Assembly: GCA_902789825.1 (NCBI GenBank) | Contig: CADAPK010000002.1 | Span: forward strand, 18,275-82,274 | DNA length: 64,000 bases | Origin: an uncultured Ureaplasma sp. | Lineage (GTDB): Bacteria; Bacillota_I; Bacilli_A; Mycoplasmatales; Mycoplasmoidaceae | Direction of reading: 5' to 3' | Part shown: positions 33,790-45,798 of the stretch, piece by piece | Position numbering within the stretch: the stretch's first letter is position 1 | Layout of the letters: every line of letters starts with the position of its first letter | Notes under the pieces: model-generated | What the model saw: the letters and a program-made list of their open reading frames with translations, nothing else | What the model was told of the DNA's origin: nothing | Databases searched by the model: none | Position numbers and translations under genes: made by a program

Positions 33790-34905
33790 ATGAAATTTGT
33801 TATAAAAAAAAAAATAATCTTTGAAGCTTTGAAAAATGCCAATGCAATTGTGGAGAATGAGAATGATATAAATCTTATACTTTCCTCCATTCATTTTAAA
33901 GTTGAAAACAATATAGTTATTTTAACCGCAACAAATGGTAATAATAGTTTTAGACAAACAATAAAAGATGTTAAAACGAACGAAGATGGAAGTTTTTTAG
34001 TTAAAGCCAAATTTATCTTTAATATCGTTTCTAAAATCGAAGAAAAAGAAATTGAATTTAATCAAATTGATAGTAATATTTTACAAATAATAACAACGAA
34101 TTTTTCTTGTGTTGTTAATTTGATAGAAAAATATTCTTTTCCTTTAATTGATTTTGATTGTTCAAATTGAAAAAAAATTATGTTAAAAAAAGAAAATATT
34201 GATAATATTGTAAAAAAGCTAATCATGTTTTTGCCGGCAGCATTTGATGATAGATTCAATTGCATCAACGGTATCTTATTTAATTGTTTAGACAATAACT
34301 ATTTGGAGTGTATAACAACCAATCGCATTGTTGTCGGTTATTATAAATTCAAGTACTTAGGTGATAAAATTAAAATTGTTGTTGATGCCCAATCAATAAA
34401 AGTTGTAAATGACATTTTTTCGAACCAAACCAATATAAATGTTGAAGTCTACACAAACAATAAAAAAGTTATTTTTAAATTTGAGGATGTTTTACTATCT
34501 TTTTCGCTTTATGATAATAATTACCCACAAATTACTGATAAAATTCTTGCCAAACAAAACTATCATTTTACAATTGAAACAAATAAATTATTGAAAGCAC
34601 TAAATAGAGGGGGGTTGTTTGTTGCTAATGATCCTAAACCAATTGCTGATTTTGTTATTTCCGACACCACATTAAACATAAAGTTTAATTCAATTGAAAT
34701 TGGTAATTCTTTCGAAGAAATAAAATTCATCGAGAAAAATATTGGTTTTATTGAAATTAAATTGAATCAAAAAATGATATACCAAATAATTTCAACAATT
34801 GATTCATCATTAGTGACATTCAATTGTAATGGTAAAAATTTACCAATTATAATTACAACCGAAAATAAAGATTTTGTTAATTTAATTATGCCCTTTAGTA
34901 ATTAA
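33790..34905 (+). CDS. dnaN: DNA polymerase III beta sliding clamp
   Basis: Two same-frame track ORFs joined by one TGA. 371 aa, directly downstream of dnaA. The sequence is divergent; the call rests mainly on position and length. Confidence 0.8.
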
Positions 34906-35525
34906 TTATTGAAGTATTTTTTTCCTTCTTCAATTAAACAATCCAAAATATATCTAATTTGATGACTTTTTAAATTTAATTTATGTCCGATTTCATCATT
35001 GCTAAAGCCACAACTTTTTAAATAAATCACACGCTTATAAATATCTTTTTTATCGCTTTTTACTTTTGTTTTGATAAACTTTTCTAAAAAAATTTTCAAA
35101 TCTATTTTTTGTGAAGAAATCATCTGACGTTTATCGATAAATTTACTATTTAGTCAAAAATTATCTTTTATTTTTTCAAGTGACAAAGAATTATTTAAAA
35201 TTTTGTGTCCGTTTGTTAATAGTTTCATTTTTTCTCTTTTTACCAAATCGTATGCGATTTTAAAAACTATTCCTTTAATTTGATTTTTCAAATTTTTTAC
35301 ATCAAAATTGATTAACGTTTTTTCAATCGCTTTTCAAATATACGAAATAAAATCTTGTTTTTCAAAAGGACTTTGATATCATTTACTTAAAATTTTATAG
35401 TTTAAATATTTAATTGCATCATTTTTATATTTATTAAAAAAATAATAAATGATTTTTTCATCGTGTTTTGTTTTGTACATTTCAATAAGTTTTACTTCGT
35501 CGTTAGATAATAAATTAATTGACAT
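34902..35525 (-). CDS. Small sigma-70-family-like protein (regions 2 and 4 only), putative alternative sigma factor
   Basis: ATG 35525 to TAA 34902, one frame with three TGA (verified codon by codon). 207 aa. Region-2-like ..DFISYIWKAIEKTLINFD..IVFKIAYDLVKRE.. and C-terminal HTH ..LKSCGFSNDEIGHKLNLKSHQIRYIL... Confidence 0.5.
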
Positions 35526-35628
35526 TGGTTTTGTTTATAATGTTTAATTATCAGATCACTTTTTCTTTTCGCTTTTACATATATAGAATGGTAAATTCAT
35601 ATAATTAAAATGATTATTTTCTCTCTTT

Positions 35629-38112
35629 ATGTTCATTAAAAACTTGTTTAAATTTATTTCACCAAGATACCGCTTATTGTGAAAGGCTAATCGTATTGCC
35701 AAACAAATAGATTTGTTAAAGCCGGTTTATCGTAAAATGACGAATGAAGAACTATCCAATCAAACAAATATTTTTTTGGATCAATTAAAAAAAGGGAAGA
35801 CATTAGAGGACATTTTGCCCAATGCTTTTGCTGTTGTTCGGGAAGCAATTTATCGCGTTCACGGATTATTTGCTTTTCATGTTCAAATAGTTGGTGCGAT
35901 CATCGCAAATCATGGTGATTTTGCTGAGATGTACACAGGAGAGGGAAAGACATTGACAGTTGTTATTGTTGCATATCTAAATGCATTATTGAAAAAAGGT
36001 GTTCATATTGTTACAGTTAATGAATATTTGGTTAAGCGCGATGCACAATTTTGTGCCCAATGTCTTAATCCATTAGGTATCACGGTTGGTTACAATTTAA
36101 CAAGCATGGATCAAAACGAAAAGCGAAAAATGTTTTCTTTTGATATTACTTATACAACAAATGCAGAATTAGGATTTGATTACTTGCGTGATAATATGGT
36201 GACAGATTACAATCAAAAAGTTTTAAGAGAATTAAACTATGCCATTATTGATGAAGCAGATTCGATTTTGATTGATGAATCGCGAACTCCTTTAATAATT
36301 TCTGGTCAACCCAAACATGATCGTTTTTTTTACATTTCAATCGATAAGTGTGTTAAGACATTAAACAAAGAAGACTATATGATTGATCACGAGAGTCAAA
36401 CAATATCACTGACAGAATCGGGAGTTGATAAAGTTCAAAAAAATTTAAAAATTAAAAAATTGTATGTTTTTGAAAATTCTGAATTAATTCATAAAATAAA
36501 AAATGCATTAATTGCTAATTATCTTTTTGAATATGGTGTTCAATATATTGTCAAAGATAATAAAATTCAATTAGTTGATCATTTTACGGGAAGAATTTTA
36601 GAAGGTAGGTCATATAATGCTGGATTACAACAAGCGATTCAAGCTAAAGAAAATGTACCAATTGATCCAGAAAATAATATTGTTGCAACGATAACTCACC
36701 AATCTTTTTTTCGTCTTTATCATAAATTATCCGGTTTTTCTGGTACAGCCTTAACTGCTGCTGAAGAATTGCTAAATAACTACAATATGGTTGTTGTTCC
36801 TATTCCAACAAATAAAAAGATAATTCGTAAAGATTTGAATGATTATATTTTTGAAACAAAAGTAGCAAAATGAGCACATGTTGTTTCAACAATCGAGCAG
36901 TTGCATACTAAAGGACAACCTATTTTAATTGGTACCGGTTCAGTTGAAGATTCTGAAGAATTAGCTTTATTATTAAAAAATAAAGGGCTAAAATTTGAAT
37001 TATTAAATGCGCGGAATAACTTTGCTGAGGCGAAAATTATTGCACAAGCTGGCCAAAAATATGCAATTACTATTTCGACAAACATGGCTGGGCGTGGAAC
37101 GGACATTAAATTAGGCGAAGGTGTCAAAGAATTGGGTGGTCTTTTCGTTATTGGGACAAATAAAAATGAGTCAAGAAGAATTGACAATCAATTACGAGGT
37201 CGTGCCGGACGACAAGGCGATCCAGGGACAACACGTTTTTTTATTTCATTAGAGGACCCATTATTTTTGCGTTTTCTTGGTGACAAAGCAAAAAAAGCCA
37301 CTTCCAAGATACAAAATGACAAATATTTTGATTCCTTCTTTTTTAATAAAATAATAAATGCAATCCAAAAAAAGATTGAAGGTTTGAGTTATGACATGCG
37401 AAAAAATCTTATTGATTATGATACAGTTTTGTCAAATCAACGTGAATTAATTTACAAACAAAGAGATCAAATTCTATTGAATTTTAATAATATGGAAATT
37501 ATTGACAAGATGATCGAGGTTGTTGCAAACAATTTAGTAAAAAATTTTACATCAATAGAAAATAATCTTTTTATCGATGGTGAAAAATTGGCACATGCAA
37601 TTAATACGACAATATTATTTTTAAATATTTTTGAAAAAGGTGATTTTTATAAATACGATAAAGAAAAAGCGGTTGAAAAAATTAAATTAATTTTAAAACT
37701 TTCGATATTGTGCAAATTTTCTGATTTAGATCAAAAACATATTAATATTGCAGTTAAAAATATTATGATCGAAAACATTGATTCCCAATGGATAAATCAT
37801 CTCGATCAAATGGCAAAAATCCGAGAAGGGGTAGCATTACGTTCACTTGAACAAAAATCCCCATTAAATATTTATACGGAAGAGGCTGATAATCTTTTCA
37901 ATCTAATGAAAGAAAAAGTTGCACAAAAAATTATTATCGATATTCATCATCGTTATAATCCCGAAGGAATAAAAATATTTTTTGATAAATTATTTGAGAA
38001 CAAAATTATATCAAGTGAGCGAAAAGAGAATTTATTAAAGAATTATTTAATTACTAACAAAACAATAAATATTGATTTTACAAATTTTTTCAAAATAAAA
38101 AAATCAGTGTAA
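35629..38112 (+). CDS. secA: Preprotein translocase ATPase SecA
   Basis: ATG 35629 is in frame with track ORFs 35713 and 36901 through TGA. ..MYTGEGKTLT.., ..IIDEADSILIDESRTPLIISG.., ..TNMAGRGTDI.., ..LRGRAGRQGDPG... 827 aa. Confidence 0.95.
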
Positions 38113-40028
38113 TGATAGATATTTCCAATAAATTTATTTTAACAACAAAATTAAAGCCAAAAGGTGATCAAGCAAAAGCGATTGAACAAATTACTATTGG
38201 AATTAAAAAAAAAATAAAACATCAAATTCTATTGGGCGCTACCGGGACAGGTAAAACTTTTACCATTGCTAATGTTATTGCTAAGACAAATGAAAAGACG
38301 CTAATTATCGTTCATAACAAAACTTTAGCATCGCAGCTTTATTATGAATTCAAATCACTATTCAAAAAAAATAGAGTCGAATATTTTGTTTCGTATTTTG
38401 ATTTTTATCAACCAGAAGCATATTTACCATCAAACGACACGTATATTGAAAAATCATCGAAAATAAATCAAGAAATTGAGATGGCACGTTTATCAACATT
38501 ACAATCATTAACCACTGAAAAAAAAGTAATTGTTGTAGCTTCGGTTGCAGCAATTTATCCCTCTGTTCCACCATCAACATATGGAAAATTTCGGATTATT
38601 TTGAATACTGGTGGTCTTGAAAACGTTATACAATTACGCCAAAATCTTGTTAAACTACAATTCAAATGAAGTGATATTTTATTTCCCGGTTCTTTTCATT
38701 CTCGTGGTGATATTGTTGAAATAATGGAGGGAAAATCGAGTGATTACCGCTTGCGTATTAGTTTTTTTGGTGATCGGATCGAACAAATTACTCAACTTGA
38801 TTCATTAAGCAATAAGATTATTAAAATTTTTAAAACTTATGTCATTTATCCTGCTAACGAATACATTGCTGATAACACGCAATTTAATGAATCATTAAAA
38901 AGAATTAAAAATGAATTAGAGTTAAGAAAAAAATATTTTAGACAAAAAAATAAATTAATTGAATTACAACGAATTACCGAAAAAACAAATCGCGACTTAG
39001 AACAATTAATTGAGACTGGTTTTTGTTCTGGTATTGAAAATTATTCTGCACATTTAGAATTAAGAAGTAAAGGACAAACGCCATATACGATTTTTGATTA
39101 CTTTGGTGAAGATTGATTACTAGTTGTTGATGAAAGCCATATGACAATTCCGCAAATTAGGGGAATGTATTATGGTGATCACAATCGAAAACAAGTGTTA
39201 GTTGATTATGGTTTTCGTTTGCCATCATGTCTTGATAATCGACCGTTAAATTTTGATGAATTTCAAAAAAAAATCAAACAAATAATTGAACAGATTGTCC
39301 GTCCTACAGGATTATTGGACCCAATAATTCAGGTTTTACCAACAAATAATCAAATCAATTCTCTTGTTATTGAATTAAATAAGCAAATTGCAAAAAAAGA
39401 ACGAACAATAATTGTTGTCTTAACGATTAAAATTGCCGAGGAATTAACAAAATATTTAAAAGAGCAAAAATATAAAGTCGTTTTTCTTCACCACGAATTA
39501 AAAACATTAGAGCGTGTAAAAATAATAAATGCTTTTCGTAAAGGAATATATGACATCATTATTGGTATTAATCTTTTGCGGGAAGGCTTAGATATTCCTG
39601 AGGCATCAAGTATTGTTATTTTTGATGGTGATAAACCAGGAATATTTCGAAGTTACGAAGCTTTAATTCAAATTTTTGGTCGTGTCGCACGCAATAAAAA
39701 TGGACATGTTATTATTTTTGCTGATCAAGAAACCGTTTCAATGAAAAAAGCAATTCTTGAAACAAAGCGCCGTCGTAATATTCAAATTGCATTTAACAAA
39801 AAGCATAATATTAAACCAAAAAGTATCATTAAACCAATTAATGAAGAAATTCTTAACAAGTTTGATGCTAAGATTATTGATGCGATGTTTTATAAGAAGG
39901 CAAAATTATCATCAAAATCGATTACTTTTTTAAAAAAAAAGATGAAAGAATTTGCTGATAGAGAAGAATACGAACAAGCAGCCTATATGCGCGATTTAAT
40001 TATTGAAATTGAGCGAAAAATAAAATAA
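38112..40028 (+). CDS. uvrB: Excinuclease ABC subunit B, apparently lacking helicase motif III
   Basis: Three same-frame ORFs joined by [13 protein letters not shown], ..[16 protein letters not shown].., ..[13 protein letters not shown].., ..QIFGRVARN.., C-terminal UVR domain. 638 aa. ..[30 protein letters not shown].. has no ..YVSATP.. segment. Confidence 0.9.
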
Positions 40029-40079
40029 TTTATACTTTAATTTATTTTTTATACACATAAATAATCGCTATCACCATAC

Positions 40080-41120
40080 ATGAGCATTTATAAAGTTGAC
40101 AAAATACCAGAATCATCCAATTCAACACAAAAATATCATTTTATTAAAGGCATGGATGGTATTATCGATTTGCGTGAAAATTATTGATATCTTAAATTGT
40201 ATTTATATTCGTGCAATAATTTTTATTTGCCTCCCAATAGTTTACTTGCTAATTTAAAATTACCATATCAATCTATAAAAGGAATTACATTTAATTTGTC
40301 AAGCGATCAAGATCGAAAAAACAAATATAAATGAGAAGATTCAAAATATTGTAAAGTTTATGAAGCAATTTGCACGATCGACATATCCAATAATAAGTAT
40401 TTAAAGCAAAATTTATATGATGCTAAAATTGATTATCAATTTAATTTTGAAATTGATCCAGAACCTATTTCACATATTTCAAATAATTCAATTAATCAAC
40501 GAGATTTAGATTCATTGATAAATGAAACATATGAATTGGAATGAAATTTCAGTATGTATTATTCTAATATGTATCAAATGTCACCAGACAATTTAGTTTG
40601 CAATTGCCACAATTTATATAAAATTGATGCTAACAAAAAAGTTGTTGAGGAAAAATCCATTGTTAAAGCAATCGTTAATGATTACACATGCTACCAAAAA
40701 CCAATTATTAAATTGGCGACAATAAAAAGTACAATTCCTTTTCAAATAACAAGCACAATAATTAAATTTTTTTATCAAATTGATGGTGATGATAAGGAAT
40801 ACGAATTCGAATTAAAAAATTTTAAATCTAATCAGGTTGGGTACGAGACGGAAATTTATTGTGATTTCAAAACATTATTTAACGAAAAAACAAATTTAAT
40901 TATCAATTCATTTTATGGAATTAAAGGTTTTTATATTCCAAAATTTTCATCAGGTTTTTATCAAATAAGTTTTAATCTATCACAAAATAATAACAATATT
41001 AAATTTATCATTACTAATCCATTTCATTTTGCGACACAGAATAATTTTCCTAAGATTAAAATTACGACAGCAAAATTTGAAAATTTAAATACATTTACTA
41101 ATTGAATAATTAATGATTAA
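40080..41120 (+). CDS. Hypothetical cytoplasmic protein, no recognisable domain
   Basis: ATG 40080 is in frame with track ORF 40554..41105 through four TGA (verified codon by codon), TAA at 41118-41120. 346 aa, Asn/Tyr/Lys/Phe-rich with scattered Cys (..LVCNCHNLY..). No signal peptide. Confidence 0.6.
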
Positions 41121-41571
41121 AATAGTAAAGAAAAAATTAATTAATATTATCACTTTTAGTTTGGTATGCATTATTGTTGGGGGAACAGTATGTGGTAATT
41201 TATTGGTGCATAACAACAATAAAAATGCGTCACCACAGACTTTATCAAATCGTGGTAAAAATTATCATCATTTTTCATTAATTAATCAACTAAAAAAAGA
41301 AGAAGGAATTAATAATTTGGTAAAGATCATATGCGATAATAATCATTACATGTATGTAATTAGCGAAGAAAATTTTCGTAATAATATGAAACAAATAATT
41401 CAAAGTTGCTTAAAAAAAATAAATATATTTGCTCGCGATTATCTAGCCTACAAAATTGAATGTAATTATAAAATTTTAAATGATAAAATCAATTTAGATG
41501 TTATTTGATTTTTATCAAATAATTATGTTAAATATTACGATCAATTCGTGATTAGTTTAGATAATAATTAA
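41113..41571 (+). CDS. Hypothetical signal-anchored membrane/secreted protein
   Basis: ATG 41113 overlaps the upstream gene by 8 nt. N-terminal TM (..LINIITFSLVCIIVGGTVCGNLL..). One TGA, TAA at 41569-41571. 152 aa. The 3' end overlaps pheT convergently by 15 nt. Confidence 0.6.
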
Positions 41572-43887
41572 GCTTGATATTTTTTTATAAATATTTTCCA
41601 AATCATTGGCTGTATATTGTCGGTTATCTTTAAGAAAATATTTTATTGTATAAACTATATCACCATTTTTATCGTGATAAACACTAGTAATTTTATACTT
41701 ATCAATTTCATCAAAAAGCATTATTTTTTGTAAAAAAACATCAATTGTAATATTTTTATTTTTTTTCATTGAGAAATTAATATCTTTATTTATTTGTTGA
41801 TACATACCTAATGGTTTAAATTTAAATTCTTTTTGTTGTTTTTTTATGTTAATGAAATTATCGATGTTTACTGTGAGAACATAAATTTGCTGATCATTTA
41901 AATCATAATTGTGTAGAAAATTTTTTTTAATTTTTCCAATGTAACCTACTGTTTTTTTATTGAGAATAATTTCTATTGCTTCGTTATCATAAAAAAACGA
42001 ATTAGGTTTTTGGATGAAAGATAAAATAACATTGAAGATCATTCCTATTTCAATAATTACCGCTTTTAAAAAATTTAAATTAACATTAATTATTGATTTC
42101 GAAACAGGATCGATGACAATTTGTCTTGTTGTTAGTAATGTTAAATTTACAAATTCGAAATTTTGATCATGGATTGTTTGCATTTCATAAATTGGTAATA
42201 ATTCGTGTTTTTTAGAGAGATTGTATCGATAAACATTTAGCATACTATCGATTAAATTATTTCGTAAATATTGACGATTGGTATTATTTGTGAGAATTTT
42301 TATTGGTTTAGTTAAATTAAAAATATTGAATTTTTTTAAATTATTTTCACTTATTAAATTGTATGTGTGCACTTCGTTGAAATAATTATTTGTCAGAACA
42401 TTAGTGATTTTTAAGCAGTAATTATATTCATTATTTTCATTAATGGGGATTAAATTATCAGTAATAGGTTGAGGTAGTAAATTATTAATATCAATAATTT
42501 TTAATACTTCTTCAACAATATCTTGTTTATTATTTAAATCTAGGCGTCATGATGGAGTGAAAAACATTTTTTTTCGAATTTTAAAACCATTTCGTCTAAG
42601 TTTCTCTTTAATCTCGTTCCAACTCATCTCTTTACAAAGTAGAAATTCTTGCAATTCGCTTTTATCAAATTCGATCGGTTTCATGTTTCAATTTGGTATG
42701 AATGATATCATCATTTTTTTTGGTTGATGAAAATATTTTAAAATAAAATATATCGTATATAAATTCATAAAATTTGAAATAGGTTTTGATAGTTGCTTAC
42801 TTGAATTAGTAGAAATATTTAGATTTAGCATTGTGTTACGAATATTAACATAATTAAAGTTACCAATTTCAATAATTATCTTTTGTGTCTTTTCAGTAAA
42901 TTTGCGATCATTACCGCCGATAATTCCAGCAATCGTAATGGGTTCATCACCATCAAATGTGCAAATATCTTTTTTTGTTAGTGTATAAGTTGTACCATTT
43001 AGTGCAAGAAATTTTTGTTCATTTAATATGTAGTTTGCTGATATGGAATTTTTTATTTGATCAAAATCATAAACATGCGTAGGACAATTAGTTAATAAAC
43101 TAATATAGGATAACTTGTCAAATAGTTTATTTATCGGTCTAATTTGGTGATTCATTAATAAACCAATAACATTTCAATCAGATATTTTTTTAAAATTATT
43201 TTTACAATCATAAAACAAAAAATTTAAACTAGAGTGCGAAGAACATTTTTCTTTTTTTTGATTTATTACCTCAAATTTTGGCAAAATATTTTTAATTTTT
43301 AAATTTGTTTTTAATCCCAATTTATTTGCTATTTCATTACAAAAAACTAAATAACTATTTAGATCATTTCTGTTATTTGGTATCGTGATATCGTATATTA
43401 CATCATCTAAACCAATCAATTGTTCTCAATTTTTATCACCAATTTTAGCTTTATCGAACAAAATTATTTGATTGTTAAAACCATTAGGTAAATATGATGA
43501 AAAAGGTGTCAACTCTTGGTAACTACATAACATACCTTCAGAAACAACATTACCGAATTGTTTATTTAGGATAATCGTACCATTGTATAATTTTGCATTA
43601 TTTAGGCAAACTATGCAATATTTGTTTTTTTTAAGATTATTCGCTCCGCAAACAATTGTTTTTATTTCATTTTCTGAAATTTTTACCTTGCAGACTGATA
43701 ATTTTTTATTATCTGAATGCTTTTCGAGCCCAATAATTTTTCCAATGACTAATCCGTAATTTTTCGGATGCATTTTTATTGTTTCTATTTCCATTCCCAA
43801 TGATATAACAGCATTTGTAAATGATTGATTATCAATTTTTACAAAGTTAGGAATAAACTTAAGTAATAAATTTTTTGTGAAAATCAT
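41557..43887 (-). CDS. pheT: Phenylalanine--tRNA ligase beta subunit
   Basis: Four same-frame track ORFs joined by TGA (316-nt gap verified). N-terminal tRNA-binding OB domain ..LSVCKVKISENEIKTIVCGANN... 776 aa. Confidence 0.9.
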
Positions 43888-44901
43888 TTAAATAATATTT
43901 TCCTTTACTTGTTCAATAAGTTTAAAATCATTATTGTAAATATCTCTAATATTTGACAATCCATATTTTAGCATAACAATTCTTTCTATTCCTATGCCAC
44001 AAGCAATGCCAGTATTTATCGCTGTAATATTTGCTTTTTTTAGAACATTTGGATGTAAAACTCCTGCCCCCAATATTTCGATTCAACCAGAGTTTTTGCA
44101 AATTTGGCACCCTTTGCCATTACAATTAAAACAAGAAATATCAACTTCAAAAGATGGTTCAGTAAAAGGGAAAAATGATAAACGATAACGTGTTTTAATT
44201 TTATTACCAAAGATATATTTTAAAAAATCATCAATAATGGTTTTTAAATGATTTATGGTTAAATTCTTTTTAATTCACACAATATCAATTTGTGTAAATT
44301 GATGACTATGTGTCATGTCGTCATCATCATTGCGATAAACATTACCATAACTCAAAACTTTTGTCTCGCAATTTTGGTTGTAAATAACCTCTGCTGTTGT
44401 TGCAGTGCAATGAGTTCTAAGCATTTTTTCGTCATCAATATAAAAAGTATCTTTCTTATCTCTAATTGGATGGGTTTCATCAATATTTAATTGATCCATA
44501 TTGTTTTTAATTGTAACAATTTCTGTACCAGGTACAATTTTAAAATTTAATTTCTCAAAATATTTGATTATTTGCTCTTCAACAATTGTTAAAATTGACT
44601 TACAACCTTTGTGTAAATTAAAAGTATTAAGATTAACATTGTAATTAACTTCGTTTTTTTTGTTATTTTCAATTTGCTTTATTTCTGTTAATTTTTCTAA
44701 ATAAATTTTTTGGATTTCATTCTTTATTGTATTAACATATTTTCCAAAATCTCTTTTTTCATTAACTGGTAAAATTTTTAACTTTTCGTATAAAGGAATA
44801 ATATGTTTTTTATGAAAAATATTTTTAAAATCAATTAACTTTTGTGCATTAGTATAATTTTTTATTTCATTCTTAAAATAATTAACAAATTTAACATTCA
44901 T
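43888..44901 (-). CDS. pheS: Phenylalanine--tRNA ligase alpha subunit
   Basis: Two same-frame track ORFs (gap verified). Class II motif 3 ..[27 protein letters not shown]... 337 aa. Confidence 0.92.
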
Positions 44902-44946
44902 AATTAAGTCTTTGCTTTACCAATATTTTACCATATTAACCATTAT

Positions 44947-45798
44947 TTACCTACTTAGTAATAATTTAATTTCTTCTTTATAAATCGACTTGTTATTTAT
45001 ATAAGGTGTCTCAAGAAATTTTGGAATAGAAATTAATGCTGAATTATGGACCCATTTTTTCAAATTTTCTAAACCAATTGTTCCTTTTCCAATATTTGCA
45101 TGTCGATCTTTTTTTGAACCAATGAAATTTAAAGAATCATTGATATGGACCAATTTTATATATCTTAAACCAACTATTTTGTCAAAAATAGCAAGAATTT
45201 TATTCGGATTGGAAACATCAATGCCAGAATCATTTAAATGACATGTATCCAAACAAACACCAATTTTATTTTTGTTAATAATTAAATCAATAATTGTTTT
45301 AATTTCGATAAAATTTGCCCCAATTTCATTACCTTTTCCTGCCATTGTTTCAAGACAAATAGTTACATTTATATTGCTTTCATTTATTTCATTAATTGCA
45401 TCAGCTATGTATTTACAACCAAGTAATTTATTTTTATTATTTCCTGGATGGAGAACAACAAAATTTATTCCGATTATACTTGCTCTTTCTATTTCATTTG
45501 ATAGAAGAATTTTGGCCCAATTTCTCTTTGTTGGATCATCATTAGCGAGATTCATAATATATGGACAATGAATCGCTAAATCATTAATGTTAATTTTTGT
45601 TTTTTTTAAAGCAGCTTTAAATTCATCAATTTTTAAACTACCAATTGGAACACGGTAAGAGCTTTGTGGTGAACCGGTATAAAACATAAAACAATTGGCA
45701 TCATATGATAAAGCTTCCTCTAAACTACTTAAGAGATAGTTAGGAGGGAGCATTTTTACGAAGCAACCTAATTTATTTTTTTGTTGACTATTTGTCAT
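44947..45798 (-). CDS. nfo: Endonuclease IV (AP endonuclease)
   Basis: Metal-site motifs ..VVLHPGN.., ..ICLETMAGKG.., ..VCLDTCHL.., ..VHINDS... Start set at ATG 45798 (MTNSQQKNKLGCFV..), which overlaps the dnaX stop. 283 aa. Confidence 0.88.
   Translation of the reverse strand: MTNSQQKNKLGCFVKMLPPNYLLSSLEEALSYDANCFMFYTGSPQSSYRVPIGSLKIDEFKAALKKTKININDLAIHCPYIMNLANDDPTKRNWAKILLSNEIERASIIGINFVVLHPGNNKNKLLGCKYIADAINEINESNINVTICLETMAGKGNEIGANFIEIKTIIDLIINKNKIGVCLDTCHLNDSGIDVSNPNKILAIFDKIVGLRYIKLVHINDSLNFIGSKKDRHANIGKGTIGLENLKKWVHNSALISIPKFLETPYINNKSIYKEEIKLLLSR

Noticed and set aside
33693-33894. Two overlapping minus-strand ORFs (62-65 aa) across the dnaA-dnaN spacer and the start of dnaN.
   Set aside because: Low-complexity Phe/Ile/Leu strings antisense to the A-rich origin spacer and to dnaN; no support as genes.
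36843-37187. Antisense ORFs inside conserved genes (this one in secA; also 478..816, 1101..1346, 1518..1850, 2511..2810, 5282..5674, 8691..9005, 10122..10310, 45272..45571, 46134..46409, 54282..54617 and others).
   Set aside because: These are shadow ORFs on the opposite strand of strongly supported genes. They have low-complexity composition typical of AT-rich antisense frames, with no motifs and no independent start context.
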